Assembly: GCA_964448175.1 (NCBI GenBank)
Contig: CAYUVQ010000002.1
Span: 80,111 to 144,110, forward strand
DNA length: 64,000 nt
Source of the DNA: an uncultured Cellvibrionaceae bacterium
Lineage (GTDB): Bacteria > Pseudomonadota > Gammaproteobacteria > Pseudomonadales > Cellvibrionaceae
Direction of reading: 5' to 3'
The stretch's first letter is position 1, and each line of letters opens with the position of its first letter. The notes below the pieces were generated by a model. That model had not been told where the DNA came from, made no database searches, and was given only the letters and a program-made list of their open reading frames with translations. Of the stretch, positions 1-10,545 are shown piece by piece. Position numbers and translations under genes: made by a program.

Positions 1-2
1 AC

Positions 3-581
3 TGGCTCGTCCTGCGGCATTTCCATCTCGGCTCCCAGATCCTGGCTTTTATTGCCGCCAATGCGCCAGTAACCGTTATAACGGAACCACTGGAACCCAC
101 AACGCTGGATGACCTGAAAGATGAATTATTTCTTAAACACGATTTAAATCTGTTTAATTTTGTTATCCGCTTAAATCAAAGCCTGCGTGATCAGGGCACA
201 ACGTTAGGTCCCGTCACAACACCAGACTTCAGCATGATCCATGACCCTGGATTGAACCTAAATGCTTTACCAAAGCGCTGGAGCAATTTTATTGATTTAC
301 AGACGGCCATCGAATTATTTACACCTACCTACCAATTATTTTTAACGGATAATGATTTCTGGCGCGCGTCCAATTCTTTGCAACTTGATGAACTCATTGG
401 TCTTTACGTCGCCACAATCCTGCAATCTCCTGAGCACCTTATCCTGCTCAACAACAAGCATCCGCTGGTACCCATGAGCACGCTGCGGGCGGGCCATCGC
501 TTGGTCCTTCATGGATTATCAACGGAAATGCTGCACGCGTTGTTGATGGAAATGAAACATCAATCTTCCGTGCACCCATAA
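3..581 (+). CDS. 5'-truncated hypothetical protein (C-terminal part; possibly DUF6999-like)
   Basis: The frame of ORF 234..581 stays open back to the window start (WLVLRHFHLGSQILAFIAAN...), so the true start is outside the window. The family guess is from memory and unverified. Confidence 0.6.
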   Translation, partial: WLVLRHFHLGSQILAFIAANAPVTVITEPLEPTTLDDLKDELFLKHDLNLFNFVIRLNQSLRDQGTTLGPVTTPDFSMIHDPGLNLNALPKRWSNFIDLQTAIELFTPTYQLFLTDNDFWRASNSLQLDELIGLYVATILQSPEHLILLNNKHPLVPMSTLRAGHRLVLHGLSTEMLHALLMEMKHQSSVHP

Positions 582-610
582 AAAAAGCCGCCTGTTCGGC
601 GGCTTTTTTT
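580..610. terminator. Bidirectional rho-independent terminator
   Basis: A-tract, GCCGCC/GGCGGC stem, T-tract between convergent genes. Confidence 0.85.
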
Positions 611-627
611 ATTCGAGCGTCTACTCA

Positions 628-1278
628 TTACTCCAAAGGCAAGAGCTCCAGCTCTACGCGACGGTTCGCCTGACGACCAGCTTCGGTATCGTTAGTGGCG
701 ATCGGATAACGTGGCCCATAACCATAAGACTGGATACGACCAGCAGCAACTTTACGCTCGGACAGATAGTTGCGTACGCTGTTTGCACGCTGCTCACTCA
801 ATGTCTGATTCAATTGTGCACCACCGGTAGAGTCGGTGTGACCGCTGATCTTGATTGCAGTTTTGTTGAATTCAGCAAGAACCAGCGCCACAGAGTCCAG
901 CACATCATAGAAGTCAGAACGAATAACGGCGCTGCCGGTAGCAAAGGTAATATTGCCTGGCATGATTAAATAAATCTTGTCGCCTTCACGACGCACCTGA
1001 ACCCCGGAGCCTTGCAAACGCTCACGCAGCGCAGCTTCCTGGCGATCCATGTAATAACCAACACCACCACCGATAGCACCACCAGCCAAGGCACCTGTTA
1101 CCGCACCTTTTTTGCGATCACTTTTACTGGCTGACGCTGCACCAATTACTGCACCGGCTACAGCACCGATTCCCGCGCCTTTGGCCGTATTGCTGGTTTT
1201 TTGCTGACCAGTGTAAGGATCAGTTGATGCGCAACCGAATAAAAACAGTACAGATAACAAAGCAATTAACGGTTTCAT
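628..1278 (-). CDS. OmpA-family outer membrane lipoprotein (YiaD-like) with glycine zipper
   Basis: Lipobox LFGC, Gly/Ala zipper, OmpA-C motifs GHTDSTG, LSEQRA, NRRVE. Confidence 0.92.
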   Translation of the reverse strand: MKPLIALLSVLFLFGCASTDPYTGQQKTSNTAKGAGIGAVAGAVIGAASASKSDRKKGAVTGALAGGAIGGGVGYYMDRQEAALRERLQGSGVQVRREGDKIYLIMPGNITFATGSAVIRSDFYDVLDSVALVLAEFNKTAIKISGHTDSTGGAQLNQTLSEQRANSVRNYLSERKVAAGRIQSYGYGPRYPIATNDTEAGRQANRRVELELLPLE

Positions 1279-1540
1279 GAAGCTTCCTCTTTTAGGACAG
1301 GTAGTTTTGGAGCAAATAAAATTGGCACAGCAAGATAACAGGATTCCGCTAAAATTAAATAGAGTTTTGTCATAGTTTTACCGCACAATAGACCGGACCG
1401 ATGACAGGCAGTTCAATCATTTCCCTGCGCGTCATGCCTTGCGTCTGGTTCAGCTATTGTTCAGCTTCAGGATGGTTAGCAATATTCACAGTGGTTCTAG
1501 TAAACCCTTAACCAGCATTATTTTGACGGATGATACTGCA

Positions 1541-2056
1541 ATGAAGACATTTTATGTCGCAAAAATTTTACTGTTTATCAGCGTGATTTCATCCAGTGCC
1601 TGCAATTATTCTGTCAGCGTAAATGACAATGTCGTTTACACGCCTGAACCTCTTTTTAGCGATTATCAAATAGCAGACGGTAATCTTCGTCGATGCGTTG
1701 AACAAACCATCGTTGATAAAAAAATCACCCGCGCGCCCCAACTCACATTTCTTAATTGCAGTAATGCCGGCATAACCAACCTTGCAGGGTTGGAGCGCTT
1801 TAACGCACTGAAAGAGCTTAATCTCGCATCAAACCGGTTACAAAATGTGCGCCCTTTAAGCCAGCTTACCGATTTAAATATTCTTATTCTGCGTGAGAAT
1901 CAACTCAACGATATTGTGCCGCTGCTAAGCTTATTAAAATTGGTCCAGCTGGATCTTGAGCAGAATCCGGATCTGGAATGTACGGATGTTAATCAACTGG
2001 CGGCAAATATGAAGGAAGCTGGGACGGAGATGAGAAAACCGGCACAGTGTCGATAG
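1541..2056 (+). CDS. Leucine-rich-repeat putative lipoprotein
   Basis: Signal ending SSAC; repeats LTFLNCSN, LKELNLASN, LNILILREN, LVQLDLEQN; ATG at 1541 preferred to TTG at 1439. Confidence 0.8.
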   Translation: MKTFYVAKILLFISVISSSACNYSVSVNDNVVYTPEPLFSDYQIADGNLRRCVEQTIVDKKITRAPQLTFLNCSNAGITNLAGLERFNALKELNLASNRLQNVRPLSQLTDLNILILRENQLNDIVPLLSLLKLVQLDLEQNPDLECTDVNQLAANMKEAGTEMRKPAQCR

Positions 2057-2103
2057 TCTCTGTGCGAGTCTTGAAGAGATTAAAATGTGGCCCGCGATAA
2101 ATG

Positions 2104-2373
2104 TTAGCGGCCGATAAACATTAAGCCGATGGTGTTGCGCAGCTGGTGAACCACTTTCATCTTTACGGGTTCCAGATTAATCGGGCCAACCGCTTTGCGA
2201 AACTTCACCATAACTTCTGTCCCAACCGGCGGACTAGGCTGATTTTCGATTTGCACTAACGCGCCGCCATCAGAGATATCTTTAGTAAAGCCCACAATCG
2301 TACCAAAGCTCGGGTGACTCATTTCAACTCTCACCGAGGTCGATGTACGTTCGAACATGCGACGTTCAATCAC
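2104..2373 (-). CDS. Single-domain PilZ c-di-GMP receptor
   Basis: RxxxR (RRMFER) and DxSxxG (DISDGG) motifs; GTG at 2373 with upstream AGGAG. Confidence 0.85.
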   Translation of the reverse strand: MIERRMFERTSTSVRVEMSHPSFGTIVGFTKDISDGGALVQIENQPSPPVGTEVMVKFRKAVGPINLEPVKMKVVHQLRNTIGLMFIGR

Positions 2374-2499
2374 AGTTAAGCTCCTGATTTCTGATTGTTT
2401 TTGCGCTTGGCGCCAGCGATGCCTGGTTCCGCAAGACTTTAACAAGCATAGAACAGTTCTGCCACATTAAAAGCCGATGAACGCCACAATCGGGCGAAG

Positions 2500-2519
2500 A
2501 AAAGGGGCCGCAGCCCCTT
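2500..2519 (-). terminator. Terminator downstream of purC
   Basis: AAGGGGC/GCCCCTT stem with T-run on the minus strand. Confidence 0.7.
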
Positions 2520-2551
2520 AACGTGATGTATTACACATTCGCTTCCCGCGA

Positions 2552-3265
2552 TTAAAAGGTCAACCCCAAACGCTTGCCGACCATCTCATAGGATTCCACT
2601 ACGTTGCCCAGATTCTGACGAAAGCGGTCTTTATCCAGCTTTTCGCGGGTGTCTTTATCCCACAAACGGCAACCGTCCGGAGAAAACTCATCACCCAGAA
2701 TAATTTCGCCTTTAAACACACCGAACTCCACCTTGAAATCCACCAACAGCATATTCCCGCTGGCAAAGAGGTCTTTAAGTACGGCATTGATTTTGAAGGT
2801 GAGTTCTTTCATTCGCGCAACCTGTTCGGCGGTAGCCCAGCCGAAGGATTGAATGTGAGACTCGTTGACCATTGGATCACCCAATGCATCATTTTTTAGA
2901 AAGAATTCAAAGGTAGGCGGGTTTAATTCCAAGCCTTCCTGTACGCCCAGGCGACGGGTGATAGACCCTGCGGCAATATTACGCACGACACATTCAACCG
3001 GAATCATGTCCATCTTTTTCACCAGAGATTCGGTGTCAGATAACAGCTTCTCAAAGTGAGTGGGGATACCCGCTTCCTGCAACTTGCCCATGATGAAAGC
3101 ATTGAACTTGTTGTTAACCATGCCTTTACGGTCCAACTGTTCAATACGCTTGCCATCAAAAGCAGACGTATCGTTGCGGAATAACATAATCAATCGATCC
3201 GGATCATCAGTCTTGAAAACAGATTTTGCCTTGCCCGCGTAGAGTTGTTCGCGTTTTTCCATCAT
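2552..3265 (-). CDS. purC: SAICAR synthetase
   Basis: [44 protein letters not shown]. Confidence 0.98.
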   Translation of the reverse strand: MMEKREQLYAGKAKSVFKTDDPDRLIMLFRNDTSAFDGKRIEQLDRKGMVNNKFNAFIMGKLQEAGIPTHFEKLLSDTESLVKKMDMIPVECVVRNIAAGSITRRLGVQEGLELNPPTFEFFLKNDALGDPMVNESHIQSFGWATAEQVARMKELTFKINAVLKDLFASGNMLLVDFKVEFGVFKGEIILGDEFSPDGCRLWDKDTREKLDKDRFRQNLGNVVESYEMVGKRLGLTF

Positions 3266-3311
3266 GGTGCCTGCTGTAAATAAGAGAACTATCGGTTGGT
3301 AAAAATCGGAT

Positions 3312-4070
3312 TCACGCCAGCGTCAGCCAGTCAAAGCCTTCATTTTGACAGGCATAGGTTACCTGCTTGACCCCGGTCGTCACCGGCTCCAGAGTAGCCT
3401 GGGCCAATGCCGGTGTATTGTTTTGCTGGCTGATATGGGCCACGACCAGATGCTGTAATCGCTGAGTATCGATACGCTGCAGAAAACCGGCAGCCTGTTG
3501 ATTACTCAGGTGACCCCATTGCCCTCCCACGCGCTGTTTAAGCGAAGGGGGATAGCTTCCGTAAGCGAGCATCCTGGGATCGTGGTTGGCTTCGAGCACC
3601 ATCGCATCACAGGATTGGTAACAGGCTTCAACGTGGGGCGTAATACTACCCAAATCAGTCAGTATTCCCAAGCGGAGACCTGCAAATTCAAGAACAAATT
3701 GTGCCGGCTCACGCGCGTCATGGGGGACAGCCACCGGCCGAACGGTCAAGCCATTAACTTCAAACGGCGTGTAGGCATGGATCAACCGTAAATCGGGCAA
3801 CTCACCTAAATTTCGACTGTGGAAAGTGCCGGGGGTCATATAAACGGGAATTTGATAACGACGCGCCAGCGCGGCCACCCCTTTTATATGATCTGAATGT
3901 TCATGAGTAACAAGAATGGCTGCGAGCTGATCGGGACGGCGGGCCAGACGCAGCAGACGCTGTTCTGTCTCCTTCAAGCTGAAACCGCAATCGATGAGCA
4001 GTGCACCGGCCGCCCATTCCACCAGGGTGGAATTACCGCGACTGCCACTGCCCAGCGATGCAAAACGCAT
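3312..4070 (-). CDS. MBL-fold metallo-hydrolase (YycJ/WalJ-like)
   Basis: SGSRGN, THEHSDH, LEANHD, GHLSN; usual position between bamC and purC. Confidence 0.9.
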   Translation of the reverse strand: MRFASLGSGSRGNSTLVEWAAGALLIDCGFSLKETEQRLLRLARRPDQLAAILVTHEHSDHIKGVAALARRYQIPVYMTPGTFHSRNLGELPDLRLIHAYTPFEVNGLTVRPVAVPHDAREPAQFVLEFAGLRLGILTDLGSITPHVEACYQSCDAMVLEANHDPRMLAYGSYPPSLKQRVGGQWGHLSNQQAAGFLQRIDTQRLQHLVVAHISQQNNTPALAQATLEPVTTGVKQVTYACQNEGFDWLTLA

Positions 4071-4080
4071 AGCGTTTCCC

Positions 4081-5307
4081 TTAAATGAGGTTTTTCCGCA
4101 CGATAGTCAGCATCTCGCGCGCTTTACGAGGCTCGAGGCGCTTACCGTACGGGTCGCGCACGCGCACAACCAGATCGCCTTCAGCTCCCGTTATAACAAC
4201 GAGATATCCCGGCGCATTCGGAAGCATTTCCTCTTTTTTACGGTTCGATAAAGGAGCCTGCTCAAGCTCAGCGCCCTGAGGCAGGTTTGCGGTCAACTCA
4301 GCCAGTGTGTAGGGGCTGCTCAACTTAATACGCTCCTCTTCCGGCTGACCAAAGAGAGCAGTCACCCACCCGGCGTTACGGATACCGCTCCATTTACGGC
4401 TGAACCAGCCCGGCCCTTCGGGATCGATCTTGCGGTAATGCACATAGAAAATCCCGGTCGCTGCATCACTTTCATACAACGAAAAACCTTCCTGCTTAAG
4501 CGCATAGGACAAAGTGCCCAATGCCCGAGCACGATCCAGCTTCAGCCGCATAACCGGCTCGTTATGCAATATGCCCAGATTGGCTTTGGTAGAACCACCA
4601 ATCGATTGTGCCAGTAATGAGGTGCCGCCTTCGGTGGTATCACTGGCAAGTGTTGCGGCAAGCTCATCCAGCAACCATTTTTCCTTTTCGGTATTTACCG
4701 ACGCCTGCGGCCAATCAACGGGTGACGGCGGGGTGGAACTTGCAGGAATGCTCAGATGAACGATGTGGATTTCACTGGTTTCCGGCTGGACTCCCTGATC
4801 AATCTGGATGCGGTATTTATCATAGGTGGTCAGATCAGTCTTGAATTGAATCCAATCGGTTTCAATAACCCCACTGCTGATGTCGGAAGACGCCACGGCC
4901 AATCCATTAACATTCAAAAAGTGCCGCACACGTGGCCACACTTCCCCTGGTGACACATTCATTAGAATCCAGGTCTGTTGCCCCAGACGTTGAATCTTAA
5001 CGCTCTCTTCGAGCATGTTGGCCGAGAGGGGCAACGGCCGGGGTATCTCATAATTCTCAGGGTCAGCTTCGTAACCGAAGTCTGCTTCCGTAATAGGAGG
5101 AATAGGATAAAGCTCACCAAGCGCGCGCTTATCGAGGCTTTCATCGAGCACCAGAGGAGGAATATTGTCGGCCTTCAAATAATCGTTTTCACGATTGCGA
5201 AACACGCCATCGTCACCGAAGAAGTAGCCACAACCAGACAGGGAAACACTCAACAGCGCCAGTAACACATAAAAGGCTGGCGACTTTTTAACCGTCATTA
5301 TTCTCAT
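4081..5307 (-). CDS. bamC: Outer membrane protein assembly lipoprotein BamC (NlpB/DapX)
   Basis: Lipobox LSGC, FRNRENDYL, GVIETDW; directly downstream of dapA. Confidence 0.85.
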   Translation of the reverse strand: MRIMTVKKSPAFYVLLALLSVSLSGCGYFFGDDGVFRNRENDYLKADNIPPLVLDESLDKRALGELYPIPPITEADFGYEADPENYEIPRPLPLSANMLEESVKIQRLGQQTWILMNVSPGEVWPRVRHFLNVNGLAVASSDISSGVIETDWIQFKTDLTTYDKYRIQIDQGVQPETSEIHIVHLSIPASSTPPSPVDWPQASVNTEKEKWLLDELAATLASDTTEGGTSLLAQSIGGSTKANLGILHNEPVMRLKLDRARALGTLSYALKQEGFSLYESDAATGIFYVHYRKIDPEGPGWFSRKWSGIRNAGWVTALFGQPEEERIKLSSPYTLAELTANLPQGAELEQAPLSNRKKEEMLPNAPGYLVVITGAEGDLVVRVRDPYGKRLEPRKAREMLTIVRKNLI

Positions 5308-5316
5308 GAATTGTCT

Positions 5317-6192
5317 CTACAGCAGCCCGAGCGATTCCAGGGCAGATTTAACCTGTGGGTGATACTGCCCCGACAGACGCGTCAGTGGCAGGCGAATTCC
5401 GGATTGAATCAACCCCATTTGCTCTAAAGCCCATTTGACAGGGATAGGATTGGATTCAACAAACATAGCGGTATGTACAGGCATCAGGCGATCATTAATC
5501 GCGCGCGCCTCTTCCGCTTTTCCGGCGATTGCCAGCTCGCACATCTGCGCGATGGCAGCAGGTACGACATTTGCGGTGACAGAAATATCCCCTTTACCAC
5601 CCAAAAGCATCAAATCCACTGCTGTCGCATCATCGCCCGAGATAATCACAAAATCCGCTGGTGCCTGCTCAATCAGCAGGCGGGCCCGCTCGAGATCACC
5701 AGTGGCCTCTTTAATCCCGATAATATTGTCGATTTGCGCAAGACGCAGCACCGTCTCCGGCCGCATGTCTACGCTCGTACGACCGGGTACGTTATAAAGG
5801 ATCTGCGGGATGGCAACAGCTTTGGCAATGAACTCGTGGTGCAAAAACAAACCTTCTTGCGTGGGCTTGTTGTAATAGGGAGTTACCAGGAGGCAGGCAT
5901 CGGCACCCACCTCTTTGGCTGCGGCGGTAAGCTCGACGGCTTCATCGGTGGAGTTCGCGCCAGTACCGGCAATCACGGGAATACGGCCGTGGACCTGGTC
6001 AACGATTCTACGGATTACCTCCAGGTGTTCCTCAACATTCAAGGTGGCAGACTCACCCGTCGTACCTACGGCAGCAATGGCGTGGGTGCCCTGCTCCAGA
6101 TGCCAATCCACCAGTTTATGCAGACTGGGCCAATCCAGCGCATTGTCGGGGGTCATGGGGGTTACCAGAGCAACCATACTGCCTTGAATCAT
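5317..6192 (-). CDS. dapA: 4-hydroxy-tetrahydrodipicolinate synthase
   Basis: GTTGES, YNVPGRT, GIKEATG, ESNPIPVK. Confidence 0.97.
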   Translation of the reverse strand: MIQGSMVALVTPMTPDNALDWPSLHKLVDWHLEQGTHAIAAVGTTGESATLNVEEHLEVIRRIVDQVHGRIPVIAGTGANSTDEAVELTAAAKEVGADACLLVTPYYNKPTQEGLFLHHEFIAKAVAIPQILYNVPGRTSVDMRPETVLRLAQIDNIIGIKEATGDLERARLLIEQAPADFVIISGDDATAVDLMLLGGKGDISVTANVVPAAIAQMCELAIAGKAEEARAINDRLMPVHTAMFVESNPIPVKWALEQMGLIQSGIRLPLTRLSGQYHPQVKSALESLGLL

Positions 6193-6309
6193 TAGAAACT
6201 CCGTTGTTAACGAACACCGCACCGGTCGCAGTATTCAAGAAAGGGCAAAGGCGCAATGGTACTGAGAGGAGCAGCGCGAAACAAGCGCGCTGCGACGGAA
6301 TCGACAAGC

Positions 6310-7371
6310 TTACTTTTTAAAGTCCAGCATACGCTGCAGTGGAATCATCGCCTGCCGGGCCAGCTCGGGGTCCACGTGGATTTCGTTATCGCTTCGCTCG
6401 AAAACCGTCGCGAGGTTATCGAGGACGTTCATTGCCATCCAGGGACAGTTGGCGCAACTGCGGCAAGTGGCTCCGCTGCCGGCTGTGGGTGCGATATGAA
6501 ATACCTTCTCCGGATTCAACTGCTGCATCTTGTAAAAGATGCCCTGATCGGTCGCGACGATAAATTCTCTGTTGGGCAGGGTCTGTGCCGCCTTGATCAA
6601 CTGCGACGTAGAACCGACCACATCAGCCAGCTCAACAACAGCTGCGGGCGACTCGGGATGAACCAGGACCGCCGCTTCAGGGTAAAGTGTTTTCAGATCA
6701 ATCACACCGCGCGCTTTAAATTCCTCATGCACGATACAAGCCCCATCCCACAGCAGGACATCAGCGCCGGTCTTCTGCTGGACATAACTACCCAGATGCT
6801 TGTCCGGAGCCCATAAGATTTTCTTGCCTTGTTTATCGAGGTGATCGACAACATCCAATGCAATACTGGATGTTACTACCCAGTCCGCACGCGCTTTAAC
6901 CGCAGCAGAGGTGTTGGCATAAACCACTACCGTACGATCTGGATGCTGATCACAAAAGGCCGAAAATTCTTCGATGGGACACCCCAGATCCAACGAACAG
7001 GTCGCTTCAAGGGTGGGCATAAGAACGCGCTTTTCCGGGGTAAGGATTTTGGCGGTCTCACCCATAAACTTAACACCGGCCACAACTAATGTGGTGGCAG
7101 GATGGTTCTTACCGAAGCGTGCCATCTCTAACGAGTCCGATACACACCCACCAGTAGCTTCTGCCAGTGATTGAATCAGCGGATCAGTGTAATAGTGGGC
7201 GACCAGTACAGCGTTATGCTGCTTGAGCAGCGCGGCAATTCGGTTCTTATAATCCGCCTCTTCTTCAGGCGTATAGTGGGGAGCGCTCCAGGCACGGGCC
7301 AAATGTTCCTGTACCACCGCTTGCGCGGACTGAACATTATTGGTGGCAATCATCACGGGTTTTGACATCAC
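6310..7371 (-). CDS. nadA: Quinolinate synthase
   Basis: [33 protein letters not shown]. Confidence 0.97.
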   Translation of the reverse strand: MMSKPVMIATNNVQSAQAVVQEHLARAWSAPHYTPEEEADYKNRIAALLKQHNAVLVAHYYTDPLIQSLAEATGGCVSDSLEMARFGKNHPATTLVVAGVKFMGETAKILTPEKRVLMPTLEATCSLDLGCPIEEFSAFCDQHPDRTVVVYANTSAAVKARADWVVTSSIALDVVDHLDKQGKKILWAPDKHLGSYVQQKTGADVLLWDGACIVHEEFKARGVIDLKTLYPEAAVLVHPESPAAVVELADVVGSTSQLIKAAQTLPNREFIVATDQGIFYKMQQLNPEKVFHIAPTAGSGATCRSCANCPWMAMNVLDNLATVFERSDNEIHVDPELARQAMIPLQRMLDFKK

Positions 7372-7440
7372 GGTTGCCTCAAGTGAAGGTGACGGATTTT
7401 ACCACGGGCCTCTTAGCCCTTTCACATCCAATCGACAAAT

Positions 7441-7476
7441 AAAAAAAAGGGGAAGCCATATTGGCATCCCCTTTTT
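7441..7476 (-). terminator. Terminator of the tRNA-Lys pair
   Basis: GGGGA-GCC...GGC-TCCCC stem followed by a T8 tract on the minus strand. Confidence 0.85.
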
Positions 7477-7480
7477 GTTA

Positions 7481-7556
7481 TGGTGGGTCGTGCGCGATTC
7501 GAACGCGCGACCAATTGGTTAAAAGCCAACTGCTCTACCGACTGAGCTAACGACCC
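7481..7556 (-). tRNA. tRNA-Lys(TTT)
   Basis: GGGTCGTTAGCTCAGTCGGTAGAGCAGTTGGCTTTTAACC...GTTCGAAT...CCA, 76 nt. Confidence 0.98.
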
Positions 7557-7619
7557 GATAAACGGTTTGTCTTGCAAATTTCTAACGGCGGCTTCGCTTA
7601 TCTGAAGCCGCTTTAAATA

Positions 7620-7695
7620 TGGTGGGTCGTGCGCGATTCGAACGCGCGACCAATTGGTTAAAAGCCAACTGCTCTACCGACTGAGCTAACGACCC
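7620..7695 (-). tRNA. tRNA-Lys(TTT), identical tandem copy
   Basis: Same 76-nt sequence as 7481..7556, encoded CCA. Confidence 0.98.
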
Positions 7696-7699
7696 AAAA

Positions 7700-7736
7700 G
7701 AGGCGCGTATATTAAAGATTTGAACAGAAAAAACAA
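7700..7736 (-). promoter_or_regulatory. Sigma70 stable-RNA-type promoter for the tRNA-Lys pair
   Basis: TTGTTT-N16-TAATAT followed by GC-rich discriminator ACGCGCC. Confidence 0.65.
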
Positions 7737-7819
7737 GCGCTTTTTAGCGATTCATCATGAAAAAATACGCAGCCAAACAATGGGTTAAAAGATGCACAGC
7801 GGGAGCCGCCGCCTCGACA

Positions 7820-8497
7820 TCATGAACGGTAGAGTGTCGGGTCAGCCACTCCGGCCTGAAGAAAGCCCGCGCGGCGCAAACGACAACTGTCGCATTTACC
7901 ACAGGCCTCACCTTGTTCCGTAGCCTGATAGCAAGAGACAGTGAGGCTGTAATCCACGCCCAAAGCAAGCCCTTCCTGAATGATCTGGGCCTTACTCAAG
8001 TCAATGAGCGGTGTGCGGATTTTGAGGCGATTACCTTCCGCTCCAGCACGCGTAGCGAGATTGGCCATCACTTCATAGGCAGCAATATATTCCGGCCGGC
8101 AATCCGGATACCCGGAAAAATCCACCGCATTGACCCCAATAAAGATATCGTCCGCACCCAATACTTCCGCCCACCCAAGGGCGATTGACAAAAACACCGT
8201 ATTTCGGGCCGGCACGTAGGTGATCGGGATGCCAGCTGTCTCCTCCTCCGGCACCGAAATAGAATCGTCAGTCAGCGCGGACCCACCAATACTGCGCAGA
8301 TCCAATTTGATAACCTTGTGCTCAACACTGCCCAGCGTCTGAGCGGTACGCTCCGCCGCGAGAAGCTCGCTGCGGTGGCGCTGACCGTAATCAAAGCTCA
8401 TGGTGTAACAGGCATACCCCTGACTGCGCGCGATCGCCAGTACCGTGGTGGAATCCAAGCCACCGGAGACAAGTACCACCGCTTTTTTCTGACTCAT
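7820..8497 (-). CDS. queC: 7-cyano-7-deazaguanine synthase
   Basis: SGGLDS, TYVPARN, YPDCR, CGKCDSC. Confidence 0.97.
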   Translation of the reverse strand: MSQKKAVVLVSGGLDSTTVLAIARSQGYACYTMSFDYGQRHRSELLAAERTAQTLGSVEHKVIKLDLRSIGGSALTDDSISVPEEETAGIPITYVPARNTVFLSIALGWAEVLGADDIFIGVNAVDFSGYPDCRPEYIAAYEVMANLATRAGAEGNRLKIRTPLIDLSKAQIIQEGLALGVDYSLTVSCYQATEQGEACGKCDSCRLRRAGFLQAGVADPTLYRS

Positions 8498-8561
8498 AAC
8501 AACCTCATCAAGTCTCTGGCATTCAGCAAAGCCAGCATCTCAGATAAATAGTGTGTGGGGG

Positions 8562-9212
8562 TTAATGACCCGGCGTGTCATTCCATAACAACTTATGAAG
8601 CTGCAGCTGGAAACGTACCGGTAAATTATCAGCAATGATCCACTCCGCCAGCTGCACCGGTTCTATCTGACCAAAGCTTGGCGAGAACAGCACTTCAGCC
8701 ACCCGCTCATGGAGACGATGCTCGTCCAGCTTGAAGCGCGCCCACTCGTAATCTTCACGGTCACAGATAACGAACTTCACCTGATCCTGAACCTGCAACA
8801 GCGGCAGATTCTCCCACCGGTTGCGGCCCACTTCACCGGAGCCAGGCGTTTTGAGGTCCATCACCTTGATCACCCGCACATCAACGTCATCCAGAGGCAG
8901 GGCTCCGCTGGTTTCCAGCGAAACCTGGTAGCCCGCGTCACACAAACGGGCAAGCAGCTGGGTACAATCCCGCTGCGCCAGCGGCTCCCCCCCCGTGACA
9001 CAAACGTAGCGCGGGCGATAACTGGCGACCTTCTCCAGAATTGCGCTTAAGGTTAGGCGCTCGCCCCCATAAAAAGCATACTCCGAGTCGCAGTATCCGC
9101 AGCGCAATGGGCAGCCAGTCAAACGGACAAATACTGTTGGCAAACCAACGGTATTGGATTCGCCTTGCAATGAATAAAAAATCTCGGTGATTTTCAGCGT
9201 TATATCGGTCAT
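8562..9212 (-). CDS. queE: 7-carboxy-7-deazaguanine synthase (radical SAM)
   Basis: EIFYSLQGE, CPLRCGYCD, TGGEPL, QLHK. Confidence 0.96.
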   Translation of the reverse strand: MTDITLKITEIFYSLQGESNTVGLPTVFVRLTGCPLRCGYCDSEYAFYGGERLTLSAILEKVASYRPRYVCVTGGEPLAQRDCTQLLARLCDAGYQVSLETSGALPLDDVDVRVIKVMDLKTPGSGEVGRNRWENLPLLQVQDQVKFVICDREDYEWARFKLDEHRLHERVAEVLFSPSFGQIEPVQLAEWIIADNLPVRFQLQLHKLLWNDTPGH

Positions 9213-9458
9213 AAGACATTTGGCCACAATGGGCGAAGACGGCATCGAATAGCACGAGGCCCCGACTGAAGTAACACGGGACCCGAGGGATGAAAAAAGA
9301 GGCGCAGTTTACCCAAACGTCCCGCACTATGCGAGCGACGGGTTTGTCTGCCCTAAGGCAGACTGGTATCCTGAGTGGTCGCCTGCGGGCCAGACTTTAA
9401 TGCAAAGGCGATACTACCGGTATTAACTTCGGCCTTAATGAGATATCCGTTCAACATC

Positions 9459-9779
9459 ATGAAACCGATCAAAACCAAACGCGAATTACGCGCTGAACTC
9501 AATCAGCAAATCAATGAATTTCTCGGTCACGGCGGCTCCGTTAAAGAAGTTCCGCGAGGTGTAAGTGGCCGTGAAGATGCGCACGGCCCGCTGGTAAGTA
9601 TCTTTGACGGACAAGGCGGCGAAGACCGCACCCCAATACCGGAAGTTGTCGCGGCCATTGAAGCGCGCCGCAAACCCCAGGCTCCAGCTCATAAAAGCGC
9701 ACGCAAACTTCGCCCGCGCAAACGCGTTATTCTGGATGACTTTGGTCAACCGCTGCGCTGGGAATGGGTTGAGGAATAA
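9459..9779 (+). CDS. Hypothetical protein with SutA-like RNA polymerase-binding motif
   Basis: LRAELNQQINEFLGHGGSVKEV resembles the P. aeruginosa SutA core as recalled (ERDALAKAMEEFLSRGGKVQEI). Confidence 0.6.
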   Translation: MKPIKTKRELRAELNQQINEFLGHGGSVKEVPRGVSGREDAHGPLVSIFDGQGGEDRTPIPEVVAAIEARRKPQAPAHKSARKLRPRKRVILDDFGQPLRWEWVEE

Positions 9780-9782
9780 CAG

Positions 9783-10448
9783 TTATTGCTGACGCAACGC
9801 CTGCTCAAGCAACCCGGGAAATTGCGTCCATTCGGTAAACACACAAGTCACTCCAAACTCATCCAGCTCCTCCTGCGTCAGATGCGGGCGATAACACCAC
9901 ACGGTTGCACCGCTGTGCACACCGGCACTCACGCCAGGGAAGCTATCCTCCACAATCAGGCAGCGCTCAATGTCCCAGCCGAGCGTCCGCGCGGCATGGC
10001 GATAGATTTCAGGATTGGGCTTCGCAACCCCCACCGTTTCAGTATCGAAACGCCGATCCAGGGGGAAAAAACCATTCAGACCGCTCTGCGTTAGTTTGAT
10101 GTCCAGCTCGCGGGCCTGCGAGTTGGTTACCAGCGCAAACGGCAGCGGTAGCGCCTGTAAAACTTCTTTTATACCAGGCATCGCGACCAGCTCCCGCTCC
10201 ATCAATTCGCGGAAATAGCGGCGATTATTCTGCACAAAACTCGCAGGTAAAGGACTGCCCCGGTGAGCCTCAATCAGCGCCAGACAGTGGGCAAAACTTT
10301 GTCCGGTAAAGGTTTTGGCAACCTCATCCAGACTCATGTTGATGCTGATGTCGTGCAGTGAACGGTGCAGCGCACGAGTTGCAATAACCTCAGAGTCCAC
10401 CAGCACACCATCACAATCAAATAACACAGCTTCAAAAACAACAGACAT
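9783..10448 (-). CDS. HAD-IA family hydrolase/phosphatase
   Basis: FDCDGVLVDSE, KPNP, VEDS motifs. Confidence 0.92.
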   Translation of the reverse strand: MSVVFEAVLFDCDGVLVDSEVIATRALHRSLHDISINMSLDEVAKTFTGQSFAHCLALIEAHRGSPLPASFVQNNRRYFRELMERELVAMPGIKEVLQALPLPFALVTNSQARELDIKLTQSGLNGFFPLDRRFDTETVGVAKPNPEIYRHAARTLGWDIERCLIVEDSFPGVSAGVHSGATVWCYRPHLTQEELDEFGVTCVFTEWTQFPGLLEQALRQQ

Positions 10449-10545
10449 ACGTCAAGCTCCTCAAACAGGAAAAAAATAGCAGGAGATGCGGGAGATTCTT
10501 ATTAGGGGAGAAGTAACTGACAGGGCGAGGATCACTCGCCCTGAC

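Noticed and set aside
5473-6195. 240-aa + strand ORF, and similar long ORFs at 25406, 29776, 33702, 48755, 53169 and 62514
   Set aside because: Antisense shadows of well-supported genes, with no recognisable motifs
7481-7695. tRNA-Lys pair as an island attachment site
   Set aside because: Both copies are complete, flanked by core genes, with no integrase or partial tRNA repeat seen
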